This document shows positions 13,951 through 27,065 of a DNA stretch of 64,000 nucleotides, piece by piece. The stretch is from Octopus sinensis (taxonomy: Eukaryota). The DNA is taken from the NCBI RefSeq assembly GCF_006345805.1, contig NC_042999.1, positions 93,248,001 through 93,312,000 of the forward strand, written 5' to 3'. Each line of letters opens with the position of its first letter. Within the stretch, counting starts at the first letter, position 1. A program made the position numbers and the translations under genes. The notes beneath the pieces are model-generated. The model had not been told where the DNA came from and did no database searches. It saw only the letters and a list, made by a program, of their open reading frames with translations.

Positions 13951-14839
13951 ACATACCTTCAAAATAATAATAGAATGGTAGCTACATTGAAAGAATAAAT
14001 GCATTCTTTCATCAAATATTGACAGACATATATTGGAAAAGAAACACTCTAGAAGAAATTCCCGAAGAAGGGTGTAAAGAAAAGCGATTCTAACAAAAAT
14101 ATTACTATCTGAATAAGATCTATTCTCTTCCTTCCTTTTTATTTTTCTATTACCAAAGCTGTGAATGCGAATTCTATATTATTTCTGATATTGTGTGTAA
14201 ATTGAATTCTGAGGTTTCGAAATATAAGTGAACGTACGTTAACAGATACATAGTCATGCACTTTCATACACGCGGAAAAATAGGTACAGACTCATCAAAA
14301 TGGACACATGCATACATCTAGCTGAATACACAAATATATTGTTATTCACAAATGTATCATATATACGTGTTTAGATTCATGTATATGTGTGTGTGTATGT
14401 CTGTACGTCACCATGTGTGTGTGCGCGCACTCGCTCGTTCATGACCAAGCACAATAAAGTCCCTCGGATTGTGAGATAGATAGAGACAGTGAATATAAAG
14501 AGAGAGAGACTGACAGATATAAAGGTTTGTTCATACGAAATCCAAGAAATACAACATGATATTCAAACTGCAAAATATTTTGCGTTGTTGAAAAGGTATA
14601 TGATTAACTTGTGGTCTGAGTAATTTATGTGTTGTAATTAATAGCTCAGCAATAGTGTCCTATGCCCATAGATTCACACAAGCTCACACATGCACGAAAA
14701 ACACATCCTATAGCGCACACACACATACACTTATATAGATTAATATATCTATGCATTTATATATATATGTATGTATGTATATCTAGTAGTTGTCTACTCC
14801 TTATGTAGAGTCTGACCATCTCTTGTACCCACACCTTAG

Positions 14840-17800
14840 ATACATCATAGCGTTTGATGTGGCTTTTTAAACCAGACAATGTGTTGAAAGGTCACCCACA
14901 TAGATAGCATATCCGATTTGGACCACCAAGAGCTGCAGTTAAGTTTTGATATTTGTGGATCTTAAAATGTCTTTTGAGGCCTCCGTTAGAATTGCAAACC
15001 TTATGACATACACGGCATTGAAATGTGTGCACAAATATATGTGCAGAATAGTTGACAGAATAGGACACTATTATTGAGCTATTAATAACAACACACAAAT
15101 TACTCAGACTACAAGTTAATTTTATACCTCTTCACCTACGCAAAATATGTTGCAGTTTGAATATGGTTTTTTTATGGGTCCCCAAATGAAATTTGAGCCC
15201 AGCGAAAGAAAGGCATGATCTGTCACAAATTCTGCACTCAGAAAGATCACTGAGATTCACCTTTTCGATCGCAGTATTCCTCTTCAAATCTCTCTTGAAT
15301 CTTGCATGTATTGTCCTGTCCTCAAACGCTTTCACTCCTCTCCACACTTTTGTTCGGCTTTCAGCTCGATCCGAAGTAAGATTTCTATGTCTTTGGATCC
15401 ATTCTTAGTGATTTCATGGTAGTCCTTATGCCGTCCTTAAACATCTTTTTAGATTTACACCGATTGCCTTTTCCTTCTGCAAGCTTGCCATCATGCAACT
15501 GTCTGGACATGCGTTCATCTGCCCTTTCGAACAATATGGTCAGACAACCTCATTTGGTTTTTCAGAATCATTGATTTAACTGAAGTGATGCCTGCAGACC
15601 CAAAGACATCTGTGTGTGGAGTAAAAAACCCCATTTAATGTTTAAAATGAGGTGGAAACATTTTTGGTGGAATTGTTCTAACAATATGAAATGTTATTCA
15701 TAAAACGTCCATGTTCCCGAAGAATACAACAGGGATAGTAAGACAAATACTTTGTAAAGGGCAATTTTTTTGTTGTTATTTATATGTCGTTGGCGCCAAA
15801 TGCGTGATTCCAAACCACCAAATGCTTATGCTGCCCTTTGAATTTGCAGATGTATTTCTGATTCCAGATTTCCATAATTTTGTAGTGTCCAAGGTAAATG
15901 AAATAGTCCACATCCTCAAGAAACCTACCCTTAATAAAACTTTTAGTGGGATTACAAACAGCACCATGTGCAGGTTGAAACATTACAGCTGTATTTTCTT
16001 TTTCAAGTTGATGGTCAAGCCAAAATCACCACAAGCTGAGTCACATGCAGATAAAAGATTGCAGGTCCGTTTCAGTGTGACTGACTAGATTGCAATTGTC
16101 AGCGTATAAGTGATCCCTAATGAGTGACGTTAAAACCTTTGTTTTGAATTTTAGTCTGGTCATATAAAAAGACATTCACTGTTGTTCGATATGAGAATGT
16201 AAATACCCTCCACAGAGTTTTGAAAAGTGTGTGAGCACAGCAGCAAATGTATTGCAAAGAGGGTGGGTGCATCAATATCTCATTGCTTTTCTGTATTTCT
16301 ACGGTTAGAGGTTCAGAGAGCCTACCACCAAACCGAACTCTAGTTTTCATAACTTGATGCAAAGCCCTGATCATGTTTACTATTTTTCTGGGCAACCTAT
16401 GTTCCTTAGAATTAGCTACAGAGAATTTCAATTAACCATATCGAATTCCTTGCTTAAATTAACAAATCAATGGTACTTGGCAAGATTCCGTTCAATGCAC
16501 TTTTCCTGAAATTGTCTGATACTAAAGATGCAATCAATAGTGTCCCCGGAGGAGCGAAAATCACGTTGACACACAGACACTATATTTGAACGTTCTAACA
16601 GAATGCGTGCAATTACCTTTTCAACTACAGACAAAAGCGAAATCCCATGAAAAGTACCACACAGATCCTTTGGCATCGATTTATACATGGGGACTAAAAT
16701 AATAACAATGCAGTATTGAGGTACTTCCTCAGTTTTCCAGTACCGACCAATTAATATATTTAAAAGTTCAAACATTTTATCATCCCTATAAATCAGGACC
16801 TCTGCACAGATTCCATCAGGCCATGGAGACGTATTATTATTCAGCCTATTCACAGCTAAGTTAATACCATTCAGATTTGGTTCAAATGCCATCTCCTCTA
16901 TAACTGGAAGGTTTTCGATTTTTTCTATTATCCTCATGTCAACGGATGATGGCCTATTCAAAACTAGAGAAAAATATTCTATCCAGCGCCTGTGAATAGA
17001 AGCGGTGTTCGTCAAAAGCAAATGTTCACTTGCTGTTCTCACTGGAGCTAGTGAAGAAGATTTGGAGCCACATACCTCCTTAACATAAGAGTACAAACCT
17101 AAGGCATTATTTCTATCAGCTGCTTCTGTCATTCCAACATTCCTGTTTAATTTACCTTAGAGCTGTCTGCACTTTCCCTTTCAGCCTTCTGTAAGCTTCG
17201 TTTGAGTTGGGGTTCAAGGACTGAGGAAGAAGTGTGTTGCGTAAATTTTGATTTTCTAAAAGCAGATCATGAACTTCTGAAAACCAGTTACGCGATTTAA
17301 ATCTCACTGAAAAACTTGCAGTCTGAAATAAGTTTGTTTTGAAATCTTCTCATAGATAGTTTGGATCAAGTTTGATACTTTCTACAGCATCGTGTAATCT
17401 TTGAAAGTTGCTTGGTGATTCGAAGTTTGCCACATTTAACTTTTAGGGTACCTTAGGACCAGACTGTCGACGTATCAAAAAATTCATTTTCCCACGTACT
17501 AGACGATGGTCAATCCAGCTCTCTGCTCCTCACATAGCCCAAACACTAGAAACATTTCATATCACGCTTTCTGATCAAAATGTGATCTAGGAGATGCTTG
17601 TTCTTAGATCTTGGGTGAATCCAGGTGGTTTTATATTTATTTTTCTGTTTAAACAGGGTGTTGGTACCAACTAGAATATTCTCAGTACAAAACGTTAAAA
17701 GTGCTATTCCATTTTAATTGGATTTTCCAATACATTTCATGAAATGTAGTCATTTCCAACACTTGGTTTGAAATCTCCCAATATGACCAGCTCGTCAGAA

Positions 17801-18570
17801 ATTTGTACTTTCCTCAATAATTTTTACTAGCTCATCATAAAACTGTCCTACAGTTTCAACAGAATGAGACATTGTTGGCGTATAAATACTGACAGCGGTA
17901 AAACAAAACCCCTACCTTTTGTCAATTTTATACGGCATACCACTTGAAAATTATGCAATGGAGGATACTAATGAATTCTTGGATGATTCTAATGAATACT
18001 AATGAATTCTTGAGAGCAAACCAAACAAGAGATTCTCTACGCTGACTCTCAGGTAGGCCTCTCCAGTATATTTATAAGTATGTTCACTTATTTTACCCTT
18101 ATCAGAGAGACGAATTTCAGAGAGCGCAACTATATCAAGGGAATATTTTAAAGCTCACATGCAATAAGTGGAGTGCGCCTTTTTGGCATCTTGTTGAAAT
18201 GATCATCTAGAAGTGTGCGCACATTCCGACAGCTAGAATTCAGAGGATGTTTATTTTTTCTTCTTCTTGAAGATTGTTTGACTACAGTGGCAGGAAGACG
18301 ACCAGACCCACCATGTGTCACACTGGCATACCTGCCGAGCCAGACCTGCTCCCCTGACGTCCCCAAGTCTATTTTCCCAATTACTGAATCTGTTCGATGC
18401 ATTTCAGGGTAAGTTGCAAGCGCATCTTTAGGTTTCTGCCAACCAATTCAAATATTTTATTAAGATTTGGTGTACAAAAAGTACCTGTGCAGATGAACAA
18501 TTTTCAGTGGGTGTAGCTTGCACTGCACTACTCCCACATACTAGCCCAAGAAGACTTGGGCGTGACATGA
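14840..18570 (-). mobile_element. Near full-length decayed RTE-clade LINE (APE endonuclease, RT, C-terminal C2H2 fingers)
   Basis: Endonuclease motifs: CRNVRTLLDD...PKRRTPLIACEL, IISVYTPT, WIHPRSKNKHLLDHILIRKRD. RT motif: FHGISLLSVVEKVIARILLER...DTIDCIFSIRQFQEKCIERN. Fingers at about 15175-15240, 14955-15025 and 14850-14912. Frameshifts and stops throughout. Confidence 0.92.
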
Positions 18571-19024
18571 GAATTGACAAAACCGGATAATTACAAGGCC
18601 TCAGGTTTTATTCTGGAGATTTTCCTTCTACGTAGATTACCAACCAATGTTAAAGAGCTTCTACCTGCCAATAAGGTAGGTTATCCCGTACAAGACACCA
18701 AACCGACACCCAAACGCTCTATACAGTGTTTAAATTTCATTCTGGTATCCGACGCGGAGCAATTCATACATTAAAATATTATTAAAAAACGTTATATTCA
18801 TATCTACACATATTTGGTGGATGGCCGTTGATTACTCATGAGCTTATACGCCCATTCACGGATCTTATCTTTTGTCCTGCAGGATGTCAAACAAACAATC
18901 ACCCTCCTCACCAATTAAGATTGGTGGTGTTGCCAGTTTAGTCACCGATGACCCGACCATCTAACAGGTTGTACTGGGTTACGTGTTACCGGTGGCGAAC
19001 AAGAGTGACATATATATATATATA

Positions 19025-19370
19025 TATATGTAGAAAAATACAAACTGGGACAAGAACGTAAAACATGTAGAACACGATACAAAAAACACGGACGGGACAT
19101 TCGAAGCCTTCAATCTTCAGTCAAGAACCGGATCATCCTAGCAATTTCGGCTGATTAATCATGAGATCGCTCCGATCCGGCCAGCCCCAAGGAAAAACTA
19201 AGCTACGAGCATTAGATTTCTTGGAAGATGATCGAACGTATACGAAACAGGGACAGAAAAATGGACGATGCCACATGAATATAAAATACAAAAAACAATA
19301 ATGGTAAAAACAGGACAAAAACAGCGGGTGTCTTACGACAAGTTTAGCTGGCGTATTTGGAAATAATGCC
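19025..19370 (-). repeat. Interspersed non-coding repeat; second copy in opposite orientation at about 35230-35600
   Basis: The reverse complement aatctaatgctcgtagcttagtttttccttggggctggccggatcggagcgatctc aligns with aatgtaatgctcttaggttattttttcttgggactggccagattggagcaatctc at about 35375-35430. Confidence 0.8.
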
Positions 19371-19866
19371 TTTATCGGCAGACGAAGACAACGATGTTCT
19401 CACGGCAGTGGTCGGAGGCCAAAAGGCTGATTTTGACCAACGTCCACGTGATGAAGAGAGAGAAAAGAAAGGGGGCAAAGGAAAAAAGAGAGAGAGAAAG
19501 AGGGGCGAAGGCAACAAAGGGGGGTGAGAAGAGAGAGAAAGAAGGAATTAAAGAGGGGAGAAGAAAGAGTGCGTGCCAAGGATTGGCTAGTGAGTGCAAA
19601 GTGAGAAAGACAGAGAATTGTGAGAGAGTGGGGTGAAGAGTAGACCAAAGAATCATATATATATATATATATATATAGATACACACACACACACACACCT
19701 ATATATATATATATTTGTTGAAATAGAAAGATGAATTTTCTTTTTACAGATTATTCAAAAGTTTAACCGATACCTGGGTAGCAAAAATCACAGCAGAAAA
19801 AAGCACGGTTGGAGATAAGACCTTTTGGTGTTGCAACCGTGCGTTGGTGCGGATAATTGAAGTTTA

Positions 19867-20243
19867 ATATTATTAGTGAATGGAAGAAATGGAGTTGAAC
19901 GAAGATTGTACAGAATTCCTTTTATTACATTCTACACATGTTTCAAGGGCCACAAATTTCCAAATTCTGATTAAATAAGGGTACCATATTGTGGCTTTCT
20001 CTTCAGGAAAAAACAGGAATTCCGTTGGCAGAACAAAATAAAACAGAGGCGCAGCAACGCAATTCGAACGAGGACGCTCCTTAAGAGCCCATGGCTGAAC
20101 TGTTTATCAATGTACGTTGAAATCGGGGGTTTGGTGCGTTGAAGATATCTACAGGTCAGGCCTTTGAAACATGTGTAGAATGTAATAAAAGGAATTCTGT
20201 ACAATCTTCGTTCAACTCCATTTCTTCCATTCACTAATAATAT
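19867..20243. repeat. Fold-back palindrome (85-bp arms, one mismatch, 207-nt spacer) containing a decayed HHR-like motif
   Basis: 19867-19951 versus 20159-20243 are reverse complements. On the minus strand: CUGAAGA (20006-20000), helix GCCACAA/UUGUGGC, then GAAACAUGU. Confidence 0.88.
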
Positions 20244-21029
20244 ATATATATATATACGCATGTAAATATTGAAATGTAAGCATACATCGACCAATCTAAA
20301 TATCTGTCTGTCTGTCTATATATAAATTTGTGTATGTCTTTATATGTGTGTGTGTATATACTACTTTTATTGGATCTGAATATTTGTGTAACGACTGGTA
20401 TTTCACTCTACTGCAATATTCAGGCGAGAACTGTTAGAATTCGTTGTTGGTGATGCATTTTTATTCTTTGGTCTCTTTTGTCTAATACTTACGTTTTTTC
20501 ATTGTTTTGTGCTTCGCAATTATTGATTGGCTGTTGTTTTGATGGCGTCTTCATTGGTTGATTAGTTTAATTTTGTGTGATGTGATGTTTGTATTTGTTG
20601 TAATTGCCGGTGAGTGTACTGTTCTTAATTTGTTTATGATATGCTTGTGAGTTGGGGATCAGGCATCTGTTCATTACTTTCTCTGCGTGTATGTGTATGT
20701 AAGGTGTAAAATGTTGTTAGCGAAAGGATTTTTACAATTAGGATTTATCTAATTAAGCATGCATCTATTTTGAGTGGTTGTATAACTAATTAATGTTGTT
20801 TCAGGGATGAATAATTTTTTCGTCTGCGGTGTTATGTGAGAATTATTTTGCAGTGTTTTTTTTAAAATAACAACAGTCTTAAAAATTTTTTTTTTACTTT
20901 GAGATAGATTTTTCTTGGTATGAAGATATATATGTGCGTTATTGCTTGCGTGCGTGCGCGCATGTGTGCGTGTCTGTGTGTACGTCTGTGTGTATGTATT
21001 TGCACGTACATTCGTTAATATTTACTACT

Positions 21030-21280
21030 CTCTTTTACTCTCTCTTTAACACTTTTACTTGTTTAAGTCATTTGACTACAACCATGCTGGAGGACCGCCT
21101 TTACTCGAGCAAATCGAACTCAGGACTTATTCTTTGTAGGCCTAGTAGTTATTCTATCGGTCTTTTTTGCCGAACAGCTAAGTTACGGGGACGTAAACAC
21201 ACCAGCATCGGTTGTAAAGCGATGTTACAGGACAAACACAGACACACAAGCACACACATATACATATACATATACACACA

Positions 21281-21326
<46 letters not shown>

Positions 21327-21490
21327 CGACGTGCTTCTTTCAGTTTCCGTCTACCAAATCCATTCACAAGGCTTTGGTCGGGCCGAGGCTACAGTAGAAG
21401 ACGCTTGCCCAAGGTGCCACACAGTGGGCCTGAACCCGGAACCATGTGGTTGGTAAGCAAGATACTTACCATGCGGGCCACTCCTGCGCC
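21030..21490 (-). mobile_element. tRNA-derived SINE with an internal microsatellite (third family); sister copies at 25130-25620, partial at 28975-29180, 33680-33790 and 56110-56240
   Basis: Head (reverse complement) ggcgcaggagtggc...ggttccgggttcag...ccttgggcaag, internal (TA)/(TG) tract, and tail ...aaatgacttaaacaagtaaaag shared between copies. Confidence 0.88.
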
Positions 21491-21584
21491 TTGAATCTTT
21501 CTTGTTCCATGCTTTTTTGTGGCTCTATGTGTGTGTGTTTGTGTGTGTGTGCGTGCGTGTGTATGTGTGTGCATTTAGTCATAT

Positions 21585-21619
<35 letters not shown>

Positions 21620-21628
<9 letters not shown>

Positions 21629-23323
21629 GGGATGGTATTAAAATACCATCACAGGTGGTAAGCGAATTATCAGCCGTACAGGCAAATTAATAAAATATAT
21701 ACATATAATATTCGATATGTACATATATACACAAGGTTACTACTTGAGAACCTACATCGCTAATGATAGAAGTCAAAAAATACTTCTGTACCACCGAATA
21801 GTCACAAATCTATTACATACATGATAGGAAAAAATATCAGTGAACTATAATAATGTCTTACCTCATATGGGTCAGAACAAGTAAATGCTGGTCAACCTGG
21901 TACCGGTTGTACATGAACATTTGTGAATACGAACAGAAATAAACTACGCTGGATCTCCTAAATATCACGAAAAATTACAAATATCTGTTGACCCTCAGGT
22001 TTGCACCTACTTACTTTCTCTTGTGAAACATTATAAACGCAATACCTAAATAAACTCATTTTATTATAAAGGCTTAAATGCTGGGCTGAACTCTGAACTT
22101 CAACTTCCACATCCCTAAAACTAAAGATATATATTTACTATTTGAGTCAAAATAAGATCAACAACTAAACCTAGTGGTGCATCGATTGAACGACTAACCT
22201 TTTGACCTACTTTATTTTGCGGAAAAATAAAACCAACCACGAGAAGAGATGCTGAATCACCTAAATGAAGTAACCTGGCTACGAAGTTCTACATGAATTA
22301 CTGAATTCTAAAAAAATAATGCAGCTCTAATTTTAATCAATAAAATACTCCCAAAATGCCTTTTCGTCACAGTCTCCTCTGCAAACTAATTTTCATACAA
22401 CAGCGCTACACCAGCTCCATAAAATTTTATTTATATATGTATATATGTGTGTGTATGTATATATGTATATATATGTATATATAGGGATGGTATTAAAATA
22501 CCATCACAGGTGGTAAGCGAATTATCAGCCGTACAGGCAAATTAATAAAATATATACATATAATATTCGATATGTACATATATACACAAGGTTACTACTT
22601 GAGAACCTACATCGCTAATGATAGAAGTCAAAAAATACTTCTGTACCACCGAATAGTCACAAATCTATTACATACATGATAGGAAAAAATATCAGTGAAC
22701 TATAATAATGTCTTACCTCATATGGGTCAGAACAAGTAAATGCTGGTCAACCTGGTACCGGTTGTACATGAACATTTGTGAATACGAACAGAAATAAACT
22801 ACGCTGGATCTCCTAAATATCACGAAAAATTACAAATATCTGTTGACCCTCAGGTTTGCACCTACTTACTTTCTCTTGTGAAACATTATAAACGCAATAC
22901 CTAAATAAACTCATTTTATTATAAAGGCTTAAATGCTGGGCTGAACTCTGAACTTCAACTTCCACATCCCTAAAACTAAAGATATATATTTACTATTTGA
23001 GTCAAAATAAGATCAACAACTAAACCTAGTGGTGCATCGATTGAACGACTAACCTTTTGACCTACTTTATTTTGCGGAAAAATAAAACCAACCACGAGAA
23101 GAGATGCTGAATCACCTAAATGAAGTAACCTGGCTACGAAGTTCTACATGAATTACTGAATTCTAAAAAAATAATGCAGCTCTAATTTTAATCAATAAAA
23201 TACTCCCAAAATGCCTTTTCGTCACAGTCTCCTCTGCAAACTAATTTTCATACAACAGCGCTACACCAGCTCCATAAAATTTTATTTATATATGTATATA
23301 TGTGTGTGTATGTATATATGTAT
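21620..23323. repeat. 855-bp direct tandem duplication
   Basis: gggatggtatt starts at 21629 and again at 22484. No differences noticed by eye through 22468/23323. Junctions lie in (TA)/(TG) tracts. Confidence 0.95.
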
Positions 23324-23989
23324 CTATATGTATATATGTATGTATGGGATCGTGTGTGTATGTGTATAAATATTTAAGTGCGTGGATTGTGTGTGTATAT
23401 ATATATATATGTGTGTGTGTATACACACAATCCACGCACTTAAATATTTATACACATACACACACGCTTCCATACGCATACATAGGCTCACATAATTCTA
23501 AGCTCACCCACACATACATTCACACGCGCTCACCCTCATTAACACACACACACACACACACACACACACGTACACGCACCATTCTTACATACACACAATG
23601 GCTTGCGCACCCTAGCTAATCCGGGACGCCGTTATTATCTTCCTTTCACTCAGCCTCTAACTTCCGCTACTTTCATCGTTTTGAACAATTAATCCATACA
23701 CACTGTTTCCTCTCTCCCTTTTTAATTTCTTTCTCTCTCCATTTTCTTTTTCTCCTCAAATCTTTTTGTCGAAGAGCATAGGTTCAGAGCGTCAAAGACT
23801 TTTCCATTCAAACTAATACGCCTGCTTTTTGTTCTCTCATCTGTCATAGTCTTTTGTTTTCTGTAAATTTGAACTAACTATCTCTCTCTCTCAAACTATT
23901 TATCTATCTACCTATAAATACACAAACACACACACACACAAACACACATGTGCGTGTGTTTATGTATGCATGTATGTATAGACATACAC

Positions 23990-24020
<31 letters not shown>

Positions 24021-24091
24021 TGTATGTATGTATGTATGTATGTATATATATATGTACATATATATGTATATAATATATATATATAATATAT

Positions 24092-24158
<67 letters not shown>

Positions 24159-25348
24159 AATACCCAAAAAACGAAGAACACACCAAGAAAGTAACAACCG
24201 AGTTCGTGGTACATGTACAGTATTAATCGACGTTTTTCTCCTTACTCTCCCAATATATACATATATACGTGTGTGTACTCAATGTGTGTATGTATATCGA
24301 TATATAATTATATAAGCATATAATCACTTTTTAGAAAGTGGAACCGATCATCTGAATAAGTCCAAATTGACCGTCATATATTAAATTGCAAAATGAATAT
24401 TATACTATATACATGCACAAGTGTTACCTATTCAGATAATGTTCAATATGTATTCAGGGTTAATAATACATAAAACAGATACATTTTCATCAGATTTTCT
24501 GTATGCATATATGTGTCTGTATGTATGCATATGTGTATACGCATGCGAACGTGCAGGTGGAAAACTGGCCGGGAAAATAGCTTTCGAATTCCTAGTAAAA
24601 TATGTTTTTTTTGTTCAAGCCGAAAAACTTCACAAACTGTCACCCAGCGTTTCCCTATGCTGATCCGTAATCATCAAAACGGTGGTCTATACATATTTAT
24701 AATTGATGCAGCATAACTATTTAGAATTTCGCTGAATATCAATTTCAAGTAGATTGAAAAGTAAGTTATTAAGTTATTGCTTAGCAATAATTACTAGAAC
24801 CAGTTGCATAAACCGATTGAGTTTTGACGGAAAATATTATCAGCAATAAAAATCGAAGCATAGTCCAATTAAAATCTGCATAAGTAATTCATCTCTATGC
24901 ATCGAAATAAACTCCATGATAGCAGTTTGAAGAGAAATGTCATTTCAGAATTTAACAGTTTAAGAGACATTTGCCATAAATAATAATGTCTAGTGTAAGA
25001 GTGAATGCATTTCTCCAATTACTAGTAGTTAAAATAATGAACAAATTTCATATAAGTGAAGATGACAGATGCATACCGATGCATTACCGTAATTACACGC
25101 AAGTATATTATATAGATTATATCTCTTTTACGCATTCTCTTTTACTCTTTTACATGTTTCAGTCATTTGACTGTGGCCATGCTGGAGCATCGCCTATAGT
25201 CGAGCAAATCGACCCCAGGACTTATTCTTTGTAAGCCTAGTACTTATTCTATCGGTCTCTTTTACCTAACCGCTAATTTACGGGGACGTAAACACACCAG
25301 CATCGGTTGTCAAGCGATGTTGGGGGACACACACACAAACATATACAC

Positions 25349-25383
<35 letters not shown>

Positions 25384-25396
25384 TATATGTATATAC

Positions 25397-25473
<77 letters not shown>

Positions 25474-25619
25474 ACATATATACGACTGGCTTCTTTCAGT
25501 TTCCGTCTACCAAATTCACTCAGAAGGCTTTGGTCGGCTCGAGGCTATAGTAGAAGACACTTGCCCAAGGTTCCACGCAGTGGGAGTGAAACCGGAACCA
25601 CGTGGTTGGTAATCAAGCT

Positions 25620-26030
25620 ACTTATTTCTTTATTGCCTACAAGGGGCTAGACATAGACAGACAAAGGGATTAAGTCGATTGCATCGACCCTAGTGCGTAA
25701 CTGGTACTTAATTTATCGACCCCAAAAGTATGAAAGGCAAAGTTGACCTCGGCGGAATTTGAACTCAGAATGTAGCGCCAGACGAAATACCTATTTCTTT
25801 ACAACCCACAAGGGGCTAAACACGGAGAGGACAAACAAGGACAGAGAAATGGATTAAGTCGATTATATCGAGCCCAGTGCGCAACTGGTATTTATTTAAT
25901 CGACCCTGAAAGGATGCAAGGCAAAGTTGAACTCGGCGGAATTTGAACTCAGAACGTAGCGGCAGACGAAATACTACTGAGCATTTCGCCCGGCGTGCTA
26001 ACGTTTCTGCCAGCTCACCGCCTTCTTACC
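25620..26030 (-). mobile_element. SINE (family of 7814-8561) with two tandem body units
   Basis: gaatttgaactcagaa occurs twice (about 25756 and 25939); one tRNA-like head at the right end. Confidence 0.85.
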
Positions 26031-26089
26031 ACACAGCCACTTAACAAATTCTTGGGCGACTGTATTGAACATAAATAAAAAGAAAAAAA

Positions 26090-26460
26090 GTTCTTTTCTG
26101 AAATGGATATTATTGATATCTATATCTTTTTATCAAAGGCGTCATTACCACGCTACCAATGCATCATGTAGAAGTGTTGAATGTTCACGGGTAGTTATGA
26201 ATTTACCAATTTTAATGCACGCTATGAAATTATCTTTTCTCTGTATGACGTCTATCGTATTACTTTCGTTTATACATAACTTGTGCCCGTCCCTGTATAA
26301 CTTGTTTTTATGAATACCACTTGTGTCCATTCCTAAATGTTTAAGCGAGTAGTTACTAAAGAAATAATTATTTAACTTAGGTGACCTAAAGGAATTATTG
26401 ATCATAATTGTTAATGCCTCGGTCAAAGTGCTTTGCTGTAGGAATTCCGGCACGTTACCT
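26090..26460 (-). mobile_element. Possible piggyBac-type transposase relic
   Basis: INNSFRSPKLNNY resembles the piggyBac DNFYTSPKLF motif, followed by a frameshifted DKK-DI segment like W.DKK.V. Motif recall only. Confidence 0.35.
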
Positions 26461-26664
26461 TCTGATTTGAAATCTCACCGGAGTGAAATTTGGTTTTTAT
26501 TACCCTCCCAACATAATGCACTAGCCAGCTATTGGGGCAAATGATATCGACTATCTTTTCATTTCCAAATGCTGGCCTTAATTAAAAAAGCAAAAAAAAA
26601 ATTAGTCATAATGAATTTTATAATTATTGTTACATTTGTATTTCCTATTATCATCCTTATTATT

Positions 26665-27065
26665 AAGGCGGCGAGCTGGCAGAATCGTTAGCATGCCAGG
26701 CGAAATGCATAACCGTATTTCGACTGTCTTTACGTTCTGAGTTTAATTTCTACCGAGGTCGACTTTGTCTTTCGGGGTCGATAAATCAAGTACCAGTTGT
26801 GTCCTGAGGTCAATCTAACCGACTGGGCCCTACCCCAAAATTTTGGACCATCTGGCCAGAGTTGAAAAAAATCTTTAGTGCGCCGGGCAAAATGCTTACC
26901 GGCTTTTCGCCTGCTTTTGCGTTCTGAGTTCAAATTCCGCCGAGCTCGACTTTGTCTTTCATCATTTCGAGGTCGATAAATTAAGTACCGGTCAAATCCT
27001 GGTATTGATGTGTACATCCAGTCCCTCTCCTAAATTTCCGGCCTTGTACATTTTGTAGAAAGGAT
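26665..27065 (+). mobile_element. Tandem SINE copies (family of 7814-8561)
   Basis: Head aaggcggcgagctggcagaatcgttagc at 26665; a second partial head gccgggcaaaatgctta near 26882; body motif ttctgagtt...gtcgataaat repeated. Confidence 0.82.

Noticed and set aside
14055-14095. CCGAAGA followed by GAAA
   Set aside because: No stem II or stem I pairing.
15711-16088. 125-aa plus-strand ORF (also 46856-47266 and 3200-3469)
   Set aside because: They are antisense frames of LINE or mariner coding relics.
19095-19130. CUGAAGA motif on the minus strand as a possible HHR
   Set aside because: GAAA is incomplete and stem I does not pair.
21862-21957. Phase-0 reading with one in-frame UGA (…VQPVPG*PAFTCSDPYE), suggesting selenocysteine
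   Set aside because: It matches no selenoprotein motif I know, no SECIS element was seen, and another frame is fully open.
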